Assembly (NCBI GenBank): GCA_951406725.2
Contig: OX597821.1
Location: 87,172,001 to 87,236,000, forward strand
DNA: 64,000 nt
Reading direction: 5' to 3'
DNA from: Octopus vulgaris
Taxonomy: Eukaryota
The notes beneath the pieces were generated by a model that saw nothing but the letters and a program-made list of their open reading frames with translations, did no database searches and had not been told where the DNA came from. A program made the position numbers and the translations under genes. Shown piece by piece: positions 1 through 11,246 of this stretch (position 1 is its first letter; each line of letters opens with the position of its first letter).

Positions 1-32
1 ATGATAGATGATGATGATGATGATGATAATGG

Positions 33-67
<35 letters not shown>

Positions 68-98
68 TTGATGATGATGATGATGATGATAATGATGT
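1..98. repeat. (GAT)n microsatellite
   Basis: Direct reading. Confidence 0.97.
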
Positions 99-446
99 GA
101 ATATAATGAAGTGTTGTACAAAAGAGAGTCGAGAGGGAGCCGACAAAGCACTAGAAGCTATAAGGAGAGGTCACTGGACGTAAGAATAGGATGTTGTGGA
201 GATAAAGAGAGGGAGATGAGTTGGTGTTGAGGCAGTGGAGAAACTGTGGGGAAAGGGTCAGTGAGAGATAAAAGAGGAGGCTATGACCATTTTCTTCCTT
301 TTCTATGTGAAGAGAACCTAGAATGACATCATCCAGCATGTTCCTTTCTTAGGCGGTCAGGTGTATCATAAGGGAAAGTTGGCTGTTGTTATTAGCAGAT
401 CACATTGGCTTAGCCAATAAAATATGTGCCAAGTATTGACGGGGTT

Positions 447-789
447 GAAGGCACGTGGCTCAGTGGTTAGAGCGTCGAGCTTACGATCGTGAGGTTGTCA
501 GCTCGAATCCCGGACCGGGGTGCGTGTTGTGTTCTTGAGCAAGGCACTTTATTTCACGTTGCTCCAGTTCACTCAGCTGTAGAAATGAGTTGCGACGTCA
601 CAGGTGCCAAGCTGTATCGGCTCTTGCCTTTCCCTTGGACAACATCGGTGACGTGAAGAGGGGAGGCTGGTATGCATGGGCGACTGCTGGTCTTCCATAA
701 AACAACAACCTTGCCCAGACTTGTGCCTCAGAGGGTAACTCTCTAGGTGCAAACCCATGGTCAGTGTCTGACCGAAGGGGGTCATTTAA
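447..789 (+). mobile_element. SINE family A (tRNA-derived), full length
   Basis: A box tggctcagtgg, B-box-like gctcgaatccc; flanking repeat tgacggggttgaagg at 437-451 and 790-804. Confidence 0.9.
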
Positions 790-937
790 TGACGGGGTTG
801 AAGGTATCTTCCCTGACGAATTTGTGGACTTCTGTCAATGTGAGAAATGCTTATTGAATGACAGACTCCTCATACTTTGATAATGAACTTGGGAGAGACA
901 TGAATGCTGCATTATCTCATAATTATGTTTCTCCTGA

Positions 938-1362
938 TGGTGAGCTGGCAGAATTGTTAGCATGTTGAATAACATGCTCAATGGCATTTCTTCTGGCTTG
1001 ATATTCAAATCTTGTCGAGGTCAACTTTGCCTTTCATCCTTTCAATATCAATTTAACCCTTTCGATACCAACCTGGCTGAAACTGGCTCACCCTCTATAG
1101 TACAAATGTCTTGTTTTCATAAGTTTTGAATTAAAATCTTCCACCAAGCCTTAGTCACAATTTATGTTCCTAACATTAGCTTAATGATAACTAAGTTATT
1201 TTAATAAATTCTTTGTTATATTTAAACTAACAGAAAGAAACACAGAGCATCTTAAAATATATACGGGAGTGAAAGGGTTAAAAAGTACCAATTGAACACC
1301 GGGGATGATGTGATCAATTAATTCTCTCTCCTTAAAATTGCTGACCTTGTGCCAAAATTAAG
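938..1362 (+). mobile_element. Old SINE family C interrupted by the piggyBac MITE
   Basis: ggtgagctggcagaa...ctttgcctttcatcc|MITE|aagtacca...ccttgtgcc. Confidence 0.8.
1057..1277 (+). mobile_element. piggyBac-type MITE, copy 1 (inside SINE C)
   Basis: TTAA|CCCTTTC...GAAAGGG|TTAA; homologous to 15011 and 33925 copies. Confidence 0.88.
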
Positions 1363-1380
1363 AAGTACAGTAGTACCTCG

Positions 1381-1619
1381 GTTTCCAAACGACTCTGATC
1401 ATGAATAAATCATGCTTTAAATATATATATATATATTTGTTTTTTTTTTCTAATTTATATATATATATATTATATTTTGTGAAATTTGATTTAGTATTTC
1501 TAAATTGAATTTTTCCCTGTAAGTTTGGAATAATATTCCCTCATATCATTATTATATATATATATTGATATAGATATATATAAAGCATGATTTATTCGTG
1601 ATCAGACGCGTTTGTAAAC
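1381..1619. repeat. 39-bp inverted repeats around a (TA)n-rich core
   Basis: Arms 1381-1419 and 1581-1619 match 35/39 as reverse complements; preceded by TA-CAGTAGTACCTCG, a Tigger-like terminus. Confidence 0.75.
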
Positions 1620-1677
1620 ATATGAAATGAATATGAGAAAGACAGGAGATAAAACACAATATATTTGTGATCAGAGT

Positions 1678-2106
1678 TACTCTTTTACTCTTTTACTTGT
1701 TTCAGTCATTTGACTGTGGCCATGCTGGAGCACTACCTTTAGTCGAGCAAATCCACCCCACGACTTATTCTTTGGAAGCCTAGTACTTATTCTAACGGTC
1801 TCTTTTGCCGAACCGCTAAGTTACGGGGATGTACACACACCAGCATCGGTTGTCAAGTGATGTTGTGGGGACAAACACAGGCACAAACATACACGCACAT
1901 ACATACATATATATATATATATATACACACATACATATATACGACAGGCTTCTTTCAGTTTCCGTCTACCAAATCCACTCACGAGGATTTAGTAGGCCTG
2001 AGGCTATAGTAGAAGACTCTTGTCCAAGATGCCACGCAGTGGGACTGAACCCAGGACCATGTGGTTGGTAAGCAAGCTACTTACCACACAGCCACTTCTG
2101 TGCCTA
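1678..2106 (-). mobile_element. SINE family B (tRNA head, internal microsatellite, gtaaaaga tail)
   Basis: Near-identical to more than 15 other copies in the window. Confidence 0.9.
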
Positions 2107-3054
2107 TGTTGTTCGAAAACTGAGGTACTACTACTGTATTATGTTTCTCCCGCATATATCCAAAGATTTATTTTATGTGAAAAAAATCTGATAAAAGTTT
2201 ACATTTCAATTTATATCTTTACTAGAATCATTTCACATCAGTTATGTTGTGATATTCACACATTTCTCAAATGCTTGATTATCACTAAGACGATATTCTG
2301 CTAAGATACCACCGACATCAAGTTTATGTAAAATATTTTAGAGCGTCAGAATATCTACATTATATAATTTAGGTTCTTGGATTTCTGAATTCAATTCACA
2401 TCAAGGTCTATTTTATTTATTGCTTATGATTTCTTACAAAGGCAAAAGGTGTTAGATCCATAGGATGACGGAACTGAAATTATGTGATTTTCACGTCTTC
2501 CTAGAAGACATTAGAATGTGTAAATAAAGTGAAATGAATTCAGCTGGGTATTACTGATAATTTATTTTGATTCTATATCAATAGCCTTCACAAAATCATG
2601 TTTGAACCACTGGAGGTTACATAGAAAGTTGAATAAGAATCAATTTCAAAGTTGATATAAGATATGAGGAATTAAGTTAAATGTTCCCCATCAACAGCAA
2701 TGCTTTACTTGTTTGATCTGATGCCAAGTGAATGATGAAATATTTTGGAGAAGCTTTCTATCAGATCTTTTGCCATTTGCTTAAAGAATTTATTCTTGAA
2801 GCTGTCTAGCTTCAGAAATTTTCCTTGCTGAAGTTATAATACTGACAAGAACTTTGCTATGAGGCTTATAGAATTGGTGGCACTGCTTGTGAATGGTTTG
2901 GGTGTGGTGTAAATACACACTCCTAAATCATGGTATATGCTTGTGTGTGTATGTGTGTATACATATATAGATGCATTTAAATACATAATATATATACATA
3001 TAAATACAGATAGATATACAAATATAAAAGTAAAATCTAACAATTAACATAGTC

Positions 3055-3428
3055 ACAGGAGTGGCTGTGTGGTAAGTAGCTTGTTTACCAACCACATGGT
3101 TCCGGGTTCTACTATAGCCTTGGGCCAACCAAAAAGCCTTGTGAGTGGATTTGGTAGACAGAAACTGAAAGAAGCCTGTTGTATATATATGTATATGTAT
3201 GTGTGTGTGATTTTGTGTCTGTGTTTGTCCCCCCAACATCACTTAACAACCGATGCTGGTGTGTTTACGTCACTGTAACTTAGCGGTTCGGCAGAAGAGA
3301 GCAATAGAATAAGAACTAGGCTTACAAAGAATAAGTTCTGGGGTGGATTTGCTCGACTAAAGGTGGTGCTCCAGCATGGCTGCAGTCAAATGACTGAAAC
3401 AAGTAACAGAGTAAAAAGAGTAAAAGAA
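3055..3428 (+). mobile_element. SINE family B
   Basis: caggagtggctgtgtggtaagtagc...gactgaaacaagtaacagagtaaaa; small internal deletion after the B box. Confidence 0.9.
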
Positions 3429-3509
3429 TGTATAGCCACTGCTTACTGTATACAACCACACTATATGCATATATGCATGTGTGTGTGTGTATATATATAT
3501 ATATGATAA

Positions 3510-3915
3510 GCGGTGAGCTGGCAGAAACGTTAGCACGCCGGGTGAAATGCATAGCCGTATTTTGTCTGCTGCTACGTTCCGAGTTCAAATTCTGCTATGG
3601 GGAACCTATACGCCAAGGAAACCAGGAAACTGGCCCTTATGAGCCAGGCATGGCTTGAGAAGGAACAAACACACACACACATGTATGTATGTGTCTTTGT
3701 ATCTGTGTTTGTCCCCTATCACTGCTTGAAAACCAGTGTTGACATGTTTATGTCCCTGTAACTTAGCAGTTCGGCAAAGAGACTGACAGAATAAGTATTA
3801 TGCTTTAAAAAAAAACATGTCCTGGGGTTGATTTGTTTGACTAAAACCCTTCAAGGCAGTGCCCCAGTATGGCCGCAGTCAAATGCTGGAAATAAGTAAA
3901 ACATAAAAGATAAAG
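3510..3915 (+). mobile_element. Chimeric SINE stretch: C head, E tail, B 3' half
   Basis: 3510-3596 family C 5'; 3598-3670 family E 3'; 3678-3915 family B 3'. Confidence 0.8.
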
Positions 3916-3954
3916 CATATAATTAAACAATCATGCCAGCTCTTAAAGCACTTC

Positions 3955-4371
3955 CTATTTCTTTATTGCCCACAAGGGGTTAAACATAAAGGGGACAAAC
4001 AAAGACAGACAAAGGGGTTAAGTCGATTACATCAACCCCAGTGTGCAATTGGTACTTAATTCACCAACCTCGAACAGATGAAAGGTGAAGTTGACCTCGG
4101 CAGAATTTGAACTCAGAACAAAATGGCAGACAAAATACCTATTTCTTTACTACACACAAGGGGCTAAACACAGAAGGGACAAACAAGGAAAGACAAACGG
4201 ATTAAGTCGATTATATCGACCCCAGTGTGTAACTGGTACTTATTTAATCGACCCCAAAAGGATGAAAAGGCAAAGTTGACCTTGGCGGAATTTGAACTCA
4301 GAACGTAACGGCAGACAAAATACCGCTAAGCATTTCGCCCAGTGTGTTAACATTTTTGCCAGCTCGCCACC
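3955..4371 (-). mobile_element. SINE family C tandem dimer inside one TSD
   Basis: Full copy about 4138-4371 plus 5'-truncated copy about 3955-4140; TSD ctcttaaagcacttc at 3940-3954 and 4372-4386. Confidence 0.9.
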
Positions 4372-4987
4372 CTCTTAAAGCACTTCTTGGTATACAATAT
4401 TCTTTGTGTATACCTCTTCTTTTGGTCTTGATCCATCATCCCCCATAATCCCAATACAGTGAAGGGCATACTCTTGAAATGGCCACATGAAATCTAGGAT
4501 GTCAATATCCTTTGATCCTCTACTAAAGAAATTGGTCATTGCAAGATCTGGTGGCCAAATGTAAGCAGAAAGCGAAGGTGTTTGTGTGTAGGTGTAAGTA
4601 GTTGGAAGTATTTTTTGTAGATGTTGTGGTGGTATTTGCATGATGCCTGTGGTGTGTCGTGCTTGAGGTTGATAGTAGTTGCAGTTGTAGGTTTATGTGT
4701 TTGTGTGTGTGTATGTGTGTGGTGGTAGTTTTGATGGTGGTTAGAGTATGGAGAAATTTGTAACGACTGGATTTTGCAGAACACATGTTTGGTAGTGGTT
4801 GCAGTGATGACGACTCCGTGTGCGTGCATGTGTATCTGTATGTATGTGAGTGTGTGTGCATGTGTGTATGTGTGTGTGAGTGTGAGTGTGTGTGTGTGTG
4901 AGGGTTTGTAGTTGTGGTGGGTGTAGGATGGCAGATGGTTGGATTGGTTAGTAAGGCTTAACTATCGTTGTTATTCATTGACTCAAT

Positions 4988-5168
4988 GAGAGAGAAGGAT
5001 GAGAGACAAGGGAAGGAGATAGAGTGAGAAAGAGAGAGAGAGGGGGGAGAGAGAGAGTGAGAGAGAGAGAAAAAAGAGAGAGAGAGAGTGAGAGATAGAT
5101 AGATAGATAGAGATAGAGAGAGAAAGAGAGAGAGTGAGAGAGAGAAAGAGAGAGAGAGAGACAAATAG

Positions 5169-5202
<34 letters not shown>

Positions 5203-5213
5203 AGTAAGAGAGG

Positions 5214-5246
<33 letters not shown>
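4988..5246. repeat. (GA)n/(GATA)n microsatellite
   Basis: Direct reading. Confidence 0.95.
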
Positions 5247-5248
<2 letters not shown>

Positions 5249-5733
5249 AAAGAAACCAGGAAAAGCTGAAACTGAAGCAAATAACAGTAATCTGGATTAA
5301 CAGTATCTTGATGGTGAGAATCTTTCTGAAGAGAATATTAAGGTTATGATGGAAGTGTTGCTAATCACAAGAATGCCAGATTAAAGCTGCCAGAACCAGA
5401 ATCCAAATGAAACAAAAACATCTCAGAAAAAAAACCCCCCAAAAAAACCAAAAAAACAAAAATGAATATATACATCTTGAAGTAAATCCAAGAAAGAATT
5501 TAAGAGAAAAGACAAAAATAAAAAAAAGATATTAAAAAAAAAAAAAAACCAAAGCTATCCACCTACCGCACCCCCAACCCACTTAAGGTAAAGTAGGCGG
5601 GGCAAGATTAAGTTAGTTACCGGAATAAAAATGTGTGATAAAAAATAGGATTTTGCTGTTAGTTCTCGGTGTCTTGATAGGAAACCAAAGGGAATAGAGA
5701 AAAGACATAAGCAGTAAGTTATTTATCAGACAT

Positions 5734-6291
5734 CTCTTTACTCTTTTACTTGTTTCAGTCATTTGACTGTGGCCATGCTGGAGCACCGCCTTTAATCGAG
5801 CAAATCAACCCCAGGACTTATTCTTTTGCAAGCCCAGTACTTATTCTATTGCTCTCTTTTGCCGAACCGCTAAGTTAACCGCTAAGTTACGGGGACGTAA
5901 ACACACCAGCATCGGTTGTCAAGTGATGTTGGGAGGACAAACACAGACACACAAACATATACACACACATTCAAAAAAATTTTTTTTTTTTTCGTGACCG
6001 ACCAGTCCATCAGATGTAGTTACACATCGCTGGTCACAATGCGTTCGCATTGTTTTAGTCTTCGAATGACGCCACCCCGCTGGCTAAGCGAGCAGGCCAA
6101 CATTCATATATATATACACATATATATGACGAGCTTCTTTCAGTTTCCGTCTACCGAATCCACTCACAAGGCTTTGGTTGGCCCGAGGCTATAGTAGAAG
6201 ACACTTGCCCAATGTGCCATGCAGAGGGACTGAACCTGGAACCATGTGGTTGGTAAGCAAGCTACTTACCACACAGCCACTCCTGTGCCTA
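5734..6291 (-). mobile_element. SINE family B with a nested poly(A)-tailed insert at 5974-6099
   Basis: B 3' half, insert flanked by acattca (5967, 6100), then B 5' half. Confidence 0.88.
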
Positions 6292-6540
6292 TATATCTAA
6301 CTAAGATTCGAAACTATTTCATAAACTCTGTTTTAAACTAGACTATGGAACAAGAAGGCTTATCTATTCACTGGAACATGTTACAATAATAAAAGAGTTT
6401 CTTTATTTCTTTTGTTTTTGGGGAATGGGTGGTGGTGGTGGGGGGGGGGGTCAAGGCAAATGACAGCCATGCCTTTAAGGGAGAAAATATTCAAGTATTT
6501 TCGAAGGGTTTCAACAAAATAAGATTTATGAAGTACATAC

Positions 6541-6558
6541 TTTCAGCCAGATGTGACA
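6541..6558 (-). CDS. Candidate 18-nt phase-1 microexon (V-SHLAE)
   Basis: Minus strand: aaattgcaacacag|TGTCACATCTGGCTGAAA|gtatgt; good donor and TGC motif, but poor pyrimidine tract. Confidence 0.3.
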
Positions 6559-6586
6559 CTGTGTTGCAATTTCACTTTACTGGTTG

Positions 6587-6639
<53 letters not shown>

Positions 6640-6685
6640 GCTACTGCTACTACTGCTACTACTACTACTACTACTACTACTACTG

Positions 6686-6737
<52 letters not shown>

Positions 6738-6779
6738 TAATAATAATAATAATAATAATAATAATGGTAGTAATAATAA
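6587..6779. repeat. Compound (CTA)n(AAT)n microsatellite
   Basis: Direct reading. Confidence 0.97.
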
Positions 6780-7349
6780 GATTTTTTTATAAATGTGCAA
6801 CATCTTCTCAGACTGCGTAAGGTTTATGTCAATTTTTCAAAGAGCATTAAAAGCATAAATGAACTGAAGTGAAATGGATTGATCTGGGAATTGAAATCAG
6901 TTTGTAAGTCTCCACTGAACTGTGAATTTTCTCTGCTACTCTACTCTGCAGCACTCGCCTTCCACCTTCCATTCTCCATATCCAAATTCCAACTGTTTCA
7001 AATGTAAGGGACCTCACAGGACCAAATGAGATCAGAGAAGAGGAAGTAAGGTCAGCTAGTAATGCAAAAAACACTCATTAAATATTTCCTCAGACAGAAG
7101 TGCTATCACCATAAACGCTGTGGACATATAATTCCTAAACTCTTAATTAAAGTAAGCCAATTAAATACTTAACATGTACAGTCATTTACATGGATGTTGA
7201 TGAGTCATTTACTGTATTAAAGACAGTTGATGTGATTATGGTTGAGACCCAGATCAGTCCTAATTAGGTAGATCTTTGATCAAAAGGATTCCAGACTTGA
7301 GAGGACTTGTTTATTTTTATTGTTATTTAAAACAAAACAAAAAATGTTT

Positions 7350-8023
7350 TATCTTTTATCTCTTACTTGTTTCAGTCATTTGACTGCGGCCATGCTGGGG
7401 CACCACCTTGAAGGGGTTTTAGGTGAACTAATTGACCCGAGGAGGCTGACTTATTCTTTTAAAGCCTACTAGTTATTCTGCCAGTCTCTTTTGCTGAACT
7501 GCTAGGTTATGGGATGTAAGCACACCCACACTAGTTGCATATGGCGGTGAGCTGGCAGAATCGTTAGCACGCCGGGCGAAATGCATAGTGGTATTTCCTC
7601 TGCCATTACGTTCTGAGTTCAAATTCCGCCGAGGTCGACTTTGCCTTTCATCCTTTCGGGGTCGATTAAATAAGTACCAGTTACGCAGTGGGGTCGATGT
7701 AATCGACTTAATCCGTTTGTCTGTCCTTGTTTGTCCCCTCTGTGTTTAGCCCCTTGTGGGTAGTAAAGAAATAAGTTGTCAAGTGGTGATGGTGGTGGGG
7801 GGACAAATACAGATGTAAAGATACATGATACACACACACACACATGCACACATATATACGACGGGCTTCTTTTAGTTTCCATCTACCAAATCCACTCATG
7901 GGGCTTTGGTCAGCCTGAGGCTACAGTAGAAGACACTTGCCCAAGGTGCCATGCAGTGAGACTGAACCCAGAACCATGTAGTTCGTAAGCAAGCTCCTTA
8001 CCATACAGTCACAGCTGTGCCTA
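7350..8023 (-). mobile_element. Older SINE B interrupted by SINE C
   Basis: B sequence stops at ctagttg (7537) and resumes agttgtcaagtgg (7774). Confidence 0.85.
7543..7773 (+). mobile_element. SINE family C (young, tail type 1)
   Basis: ggcggtgagctggcagaa..gagttcaaattcc (B box)..gtcgactttgcctttcatcctttcggggtcgat..aagtaccag..gccccttgtggg. Confidence 0.92.
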
Positions 8024-8117
8024 TTCATCCAAGATGTTCTCATGTGTTTTAAGATGCTGGGCTGTGATTTAAGGAGATTTTGCTGCTATTTGTAGTAAAT
8101 CAAGTGACAATGATTTA

Positions 8118-8284
<167 letters not shown>

Positions 8285-8285
8285 A

Positions 8286-8484
8286 GGTAGCGAGCTGGTA
8301 GAATCGTTAGCATGCCGGGCAAAATGCTTAGCAGTGTTTCAGTCATCCTTACGTTCTGAGTTCAAATTCCACTGAGGTCCACTTTGCCTTTCATCTTTTT
8401 GGGGTTGATAAATTAAGTACCAGAGAAAAACCGGGGTCGATGTGATTGATTACTCTCCTCCTCCAAAATTTCAGGGCTTGTGCT
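8286..8484 (+). mobile_element. SINE family C (tail type 2)
   Basis: Same head and centre; tail aaaatttcagggcttgtgc. Confidence 0.85.
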
Positions 8485-8704
8485 TCCCTGTTGACTAGTA
8501 TTGAAAGCTTGTCATTCGTTATGACAAAGGGACTCCTTTGTCTCTAGAATTTGGATTTCATGTTTTTGAGTTGAAATCCTTGTTACTATGCGTGTATGTG
8601 TGTATGTTTGTGTGTATGTGTGTGCATGTACATGTGTGTCTAAATGTAATGTAAGTGGAAGGAGAAAGAGCATTCAAAACTAATGTTAAAACAACAGACT
8701 CATT

Positions 8705-8743
<39 letters not shown>

Positions 8744-8943
8744 CATATATATATGTATGTATTTATAGAGAAATGCATATAAACACCTACACACGTGCAT
8801 GGGTATATTGTTTATTTTTGTTGTTTGTTTATAATAACACATTACTATGGCCACACACAGTTTGTCAAATTCTGCAGCTCCCTTATTTACTAATTGTTGT
8901 AATTAAGTGTGAGAAACAGTTAAACATGGGCTTAGACACCTCC

Positions 8944-8976
<33 letters not shown>

Positions 8977-9151
8977 TATAAGGGAGTTAGAAAAAGAGTG
9001 TGGAAGAGGGATAGAGACTTGAACAATAACAGTTACCACAACAACAACAACAACAACCAGAAATCTGGCTGGCAGATATTTCACACCATGGTTGATATTA
9101 TTTTTACGCCACTGAGTACAATAGAACAATAGAGAAAAAAAGTGACATTAC

Positions 9152-9187
9152 CTCTCACACCCCAGACACCACGACCACCTATTTCCA
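9152..9187 (-). CDS. Candidate 36-nt phase-1 small exon (M/V-EIGGRGVWGVR)
   Basis: Minus strand: ttttacatttccctgacag|TGGAAATAGGTGGTCGTGGTGTCTGGGGTGTGAGAG|gtaatg; GC-richer island in AT-rich flanks; length 3n. Confidence 0.6.
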
Positions 9188-9407
9188 CTGTCAGGGAAAT
9201 GTAAAATTAATTAATTTTTATTTATTTATTTACTTTATATTTTCAACTAATTTTCATCCCACAAATACTGAGGTTCAGATAATTTGAAAATGCTACTTGA
9301 CTCAAATGTTGCAAGAGATATATGGCACGAGAATGGAAGGAACTAGAACTGTTCAGTTCCTGAGGAGAAACTTAAGGGCTTCATTTCACTGTAATCAACT
9401 GATGTTA

Positions 9408-9806
9408 TCTTTATATATAAAAGTCAAGTTGTGTGTCTGTCTCCTACGATTTAGATTCCTAACTACTCCCACATTTTGCGGTGCAGTTTAACCAAAAGCG
9501 GGTATCTTATAGTCGTGATTCATATTGAGCCCTTCTGGGTATTAGCACGCGTCTACGATGAGTCTACGATTTAAAAAATAATTTACCATCATTTTTTTCC
9601 ATTTTAATGCATTTTTTCGCTATTATATAAGGGAAGTAACTCTCTAAAAATGTCTACGATGAGTCAAAGATTTAAAAAAAAATTTACCATAATTTTTTTT
9701 TCATTTTTAATGCCTTTTTATTGCTATTTTTTGGCTATAACTCTCTAAAAATGCTTATATAGTTATTTCCCTTACAAACCCGAGCAACGCCGGGCGATAC
9801 TGCTAG
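9408..9806 (+). mobile_element. Non-autonomous Helitron
   Basis: A|TCTTTATATATAAAA 5' end; subterminal hairpin cccgagcaacgccggg (9779-9794); CTAG|T 3' end; no TSD; internal ~100-bp tandem duplication 9551-9752. Confidence 0.88.
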
Positions 9807-10119
9807 TTTTATATATCTAAAAAATTTTTTTTTTTGCTTATTTTAACATTTGAAATATATTATATTGATAATTTATATCCTTAACTAATGAAGTCATCAC
9901 TATCATGATCTTAATGTCCATTTGAGAGAGACATTTAGGCCAATCCTGTTTGAGGATCTCCTTCTCAATCTGCTTCCAATTTACTTTGTGAAAGTTTAGT
10001 TTGGAGAGATTTCGGGTGCTTTGTATAGGCTGTATGTCTGCAGGAGCTTTTGGTCCAGACATAGACAGCTCTATTATATTGTGATCTGAGATCAGTGTCG
10101 GTGTCACTTTAACATTATG

Positions 10120-10508
10120 GGTGCCAGTGGCACGTAAAAAGCACCATCCGTTCGTGGCTGTTGCCAGCGCCGCTCCTACTGGCCTCGTGCCGGTGGCACG
10201 TAAAAAGCATGATCCGTTCATGGCCATTGCCAGCCTTGCCTGGCCGCCATGCCGGTGGCACATAAAAAGCACCATCCGATCATGGCCGTTGCCAGCTTCG
10301 TCTGGTCTCCGTGCCGGTGGCATGTAAAAAGCACCCACTACACTCATGGAGTGGTTGGCGTTAGGAAGGGCATCCAGCCATATAAACATTGCCAGATCAA
10401 ACTGGGCCTGGTGCAGCCTTCTGGCTTCACAGACCCCAGTTGAACCGTCCAACCCATGCTAGCATGGAAATGCGGACGCTAAACGATGATGATGATGATG
10501 ATGATAAT
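10120..10508 (+). mobile_element. Family D SINE-like element with (GAT)n tail and internal tandem repeats, nested in the LINE
   Basis: Four ~61-67-bp-spaced units starting gtgccggtggcacgtaaaaagcac; ggttggcgttaggaagggcatccagc; aacccatgctagcatggaaa..(gat)n. Confidence 0.88.
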
Positions 10509-10797
10509 GTCCATATTGTTTGTGAAGCTGAGATCCAGTATATTATTTGCCCTGGTTGGTTGCAGCATGATTTGTTCCACAAAAGAGGCATTGGTAAGGT
10601 GGAGCTGGGACTCTGCTTGTGCTTGTTGTTAGTGTGTCATTCCTGGGAGAAGCAGACCATCCCATATTTGGGAAGTTAAAGTCACCCAAAAGGAAAACAT
10701 TAATGTGTTGTGCCAGTTTGTTGAGAACTTCTCCTATCTTTGCTGGGCAGTCTTCAAATTTGCCTGTATGACTCGGAGCATCTGATGGACCATATGT

Positions 10798-11003
10798 TCT
10801 TTTATTTTTTAAATTTTATTTGTTTCAGTCATTTGACTACAGCCATGCTGGAGCACCACCTTTTAGTTGAATTAAATCAACCCTAGGAATTATTCTTTGT
10901 AAGCCTAGTACTTATTCTATCAGTCTCTTTTGCCGAACCACTATGTTACAGGGACCTAAACACCCCAGCATCGGTTGTCAAGTGATGTTGGGCGGGCGGA
11001 CAA

Positions 11004-11064
<61 letters not shown>

Positions 11065-11246
11065 CATATATACATATATACGACAGGCTTCTTTCAGTTT
11101 CCGTCTACCAAATACACTCACAAGGCTTTGTTCAACCCGGGGCTATAGTAGAAGACACTTCCCCAAGGTGGCCATGCAGTGGGACTGAACCCGGAACCAT
11201 GTGATTGGTAAGCAAGCTACTCACCAAACAGCCACTCCTGCGCCTG
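10798..11246 (-). mobile_element. SINE family B nested in the CR1/L2-type LINE
   Basis: Full B sequence; removing it restores VICTTYGPS in the LINE. Confidence 0.9.

Noticed and set aside
447-525. tRNA gene
   Set aside because: A/B boxes are present but continue into a SINE body with a TSD; no complete acceptor stem seen
1829-2071. Recurring peptide family (SVSVYQIHSQGFGRPEAIVEDTCPRCHAVGLNPEPCGW)
   Set aside because: Antisense translation of SINE B, repeated wherever the SINE occurs; not a gene family
5621-5672. 35- or 52-nt minus-strand exon candidate (TPRTNSKILFFITHFYS)
   Set aside because: Ambiguous acceptor, length not 3n, and does not fit the phase-1 series; unsupported without RNA data
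10120-10340. CRISPR-like repeat-spacer array (gtgccggtggcacgtaaaaagcac about every 65 bp)
   Set aside because: Intervening sequences are similar to each other, the array is inside a SINE-like element, the context is eukaryotic and there are no cas genes
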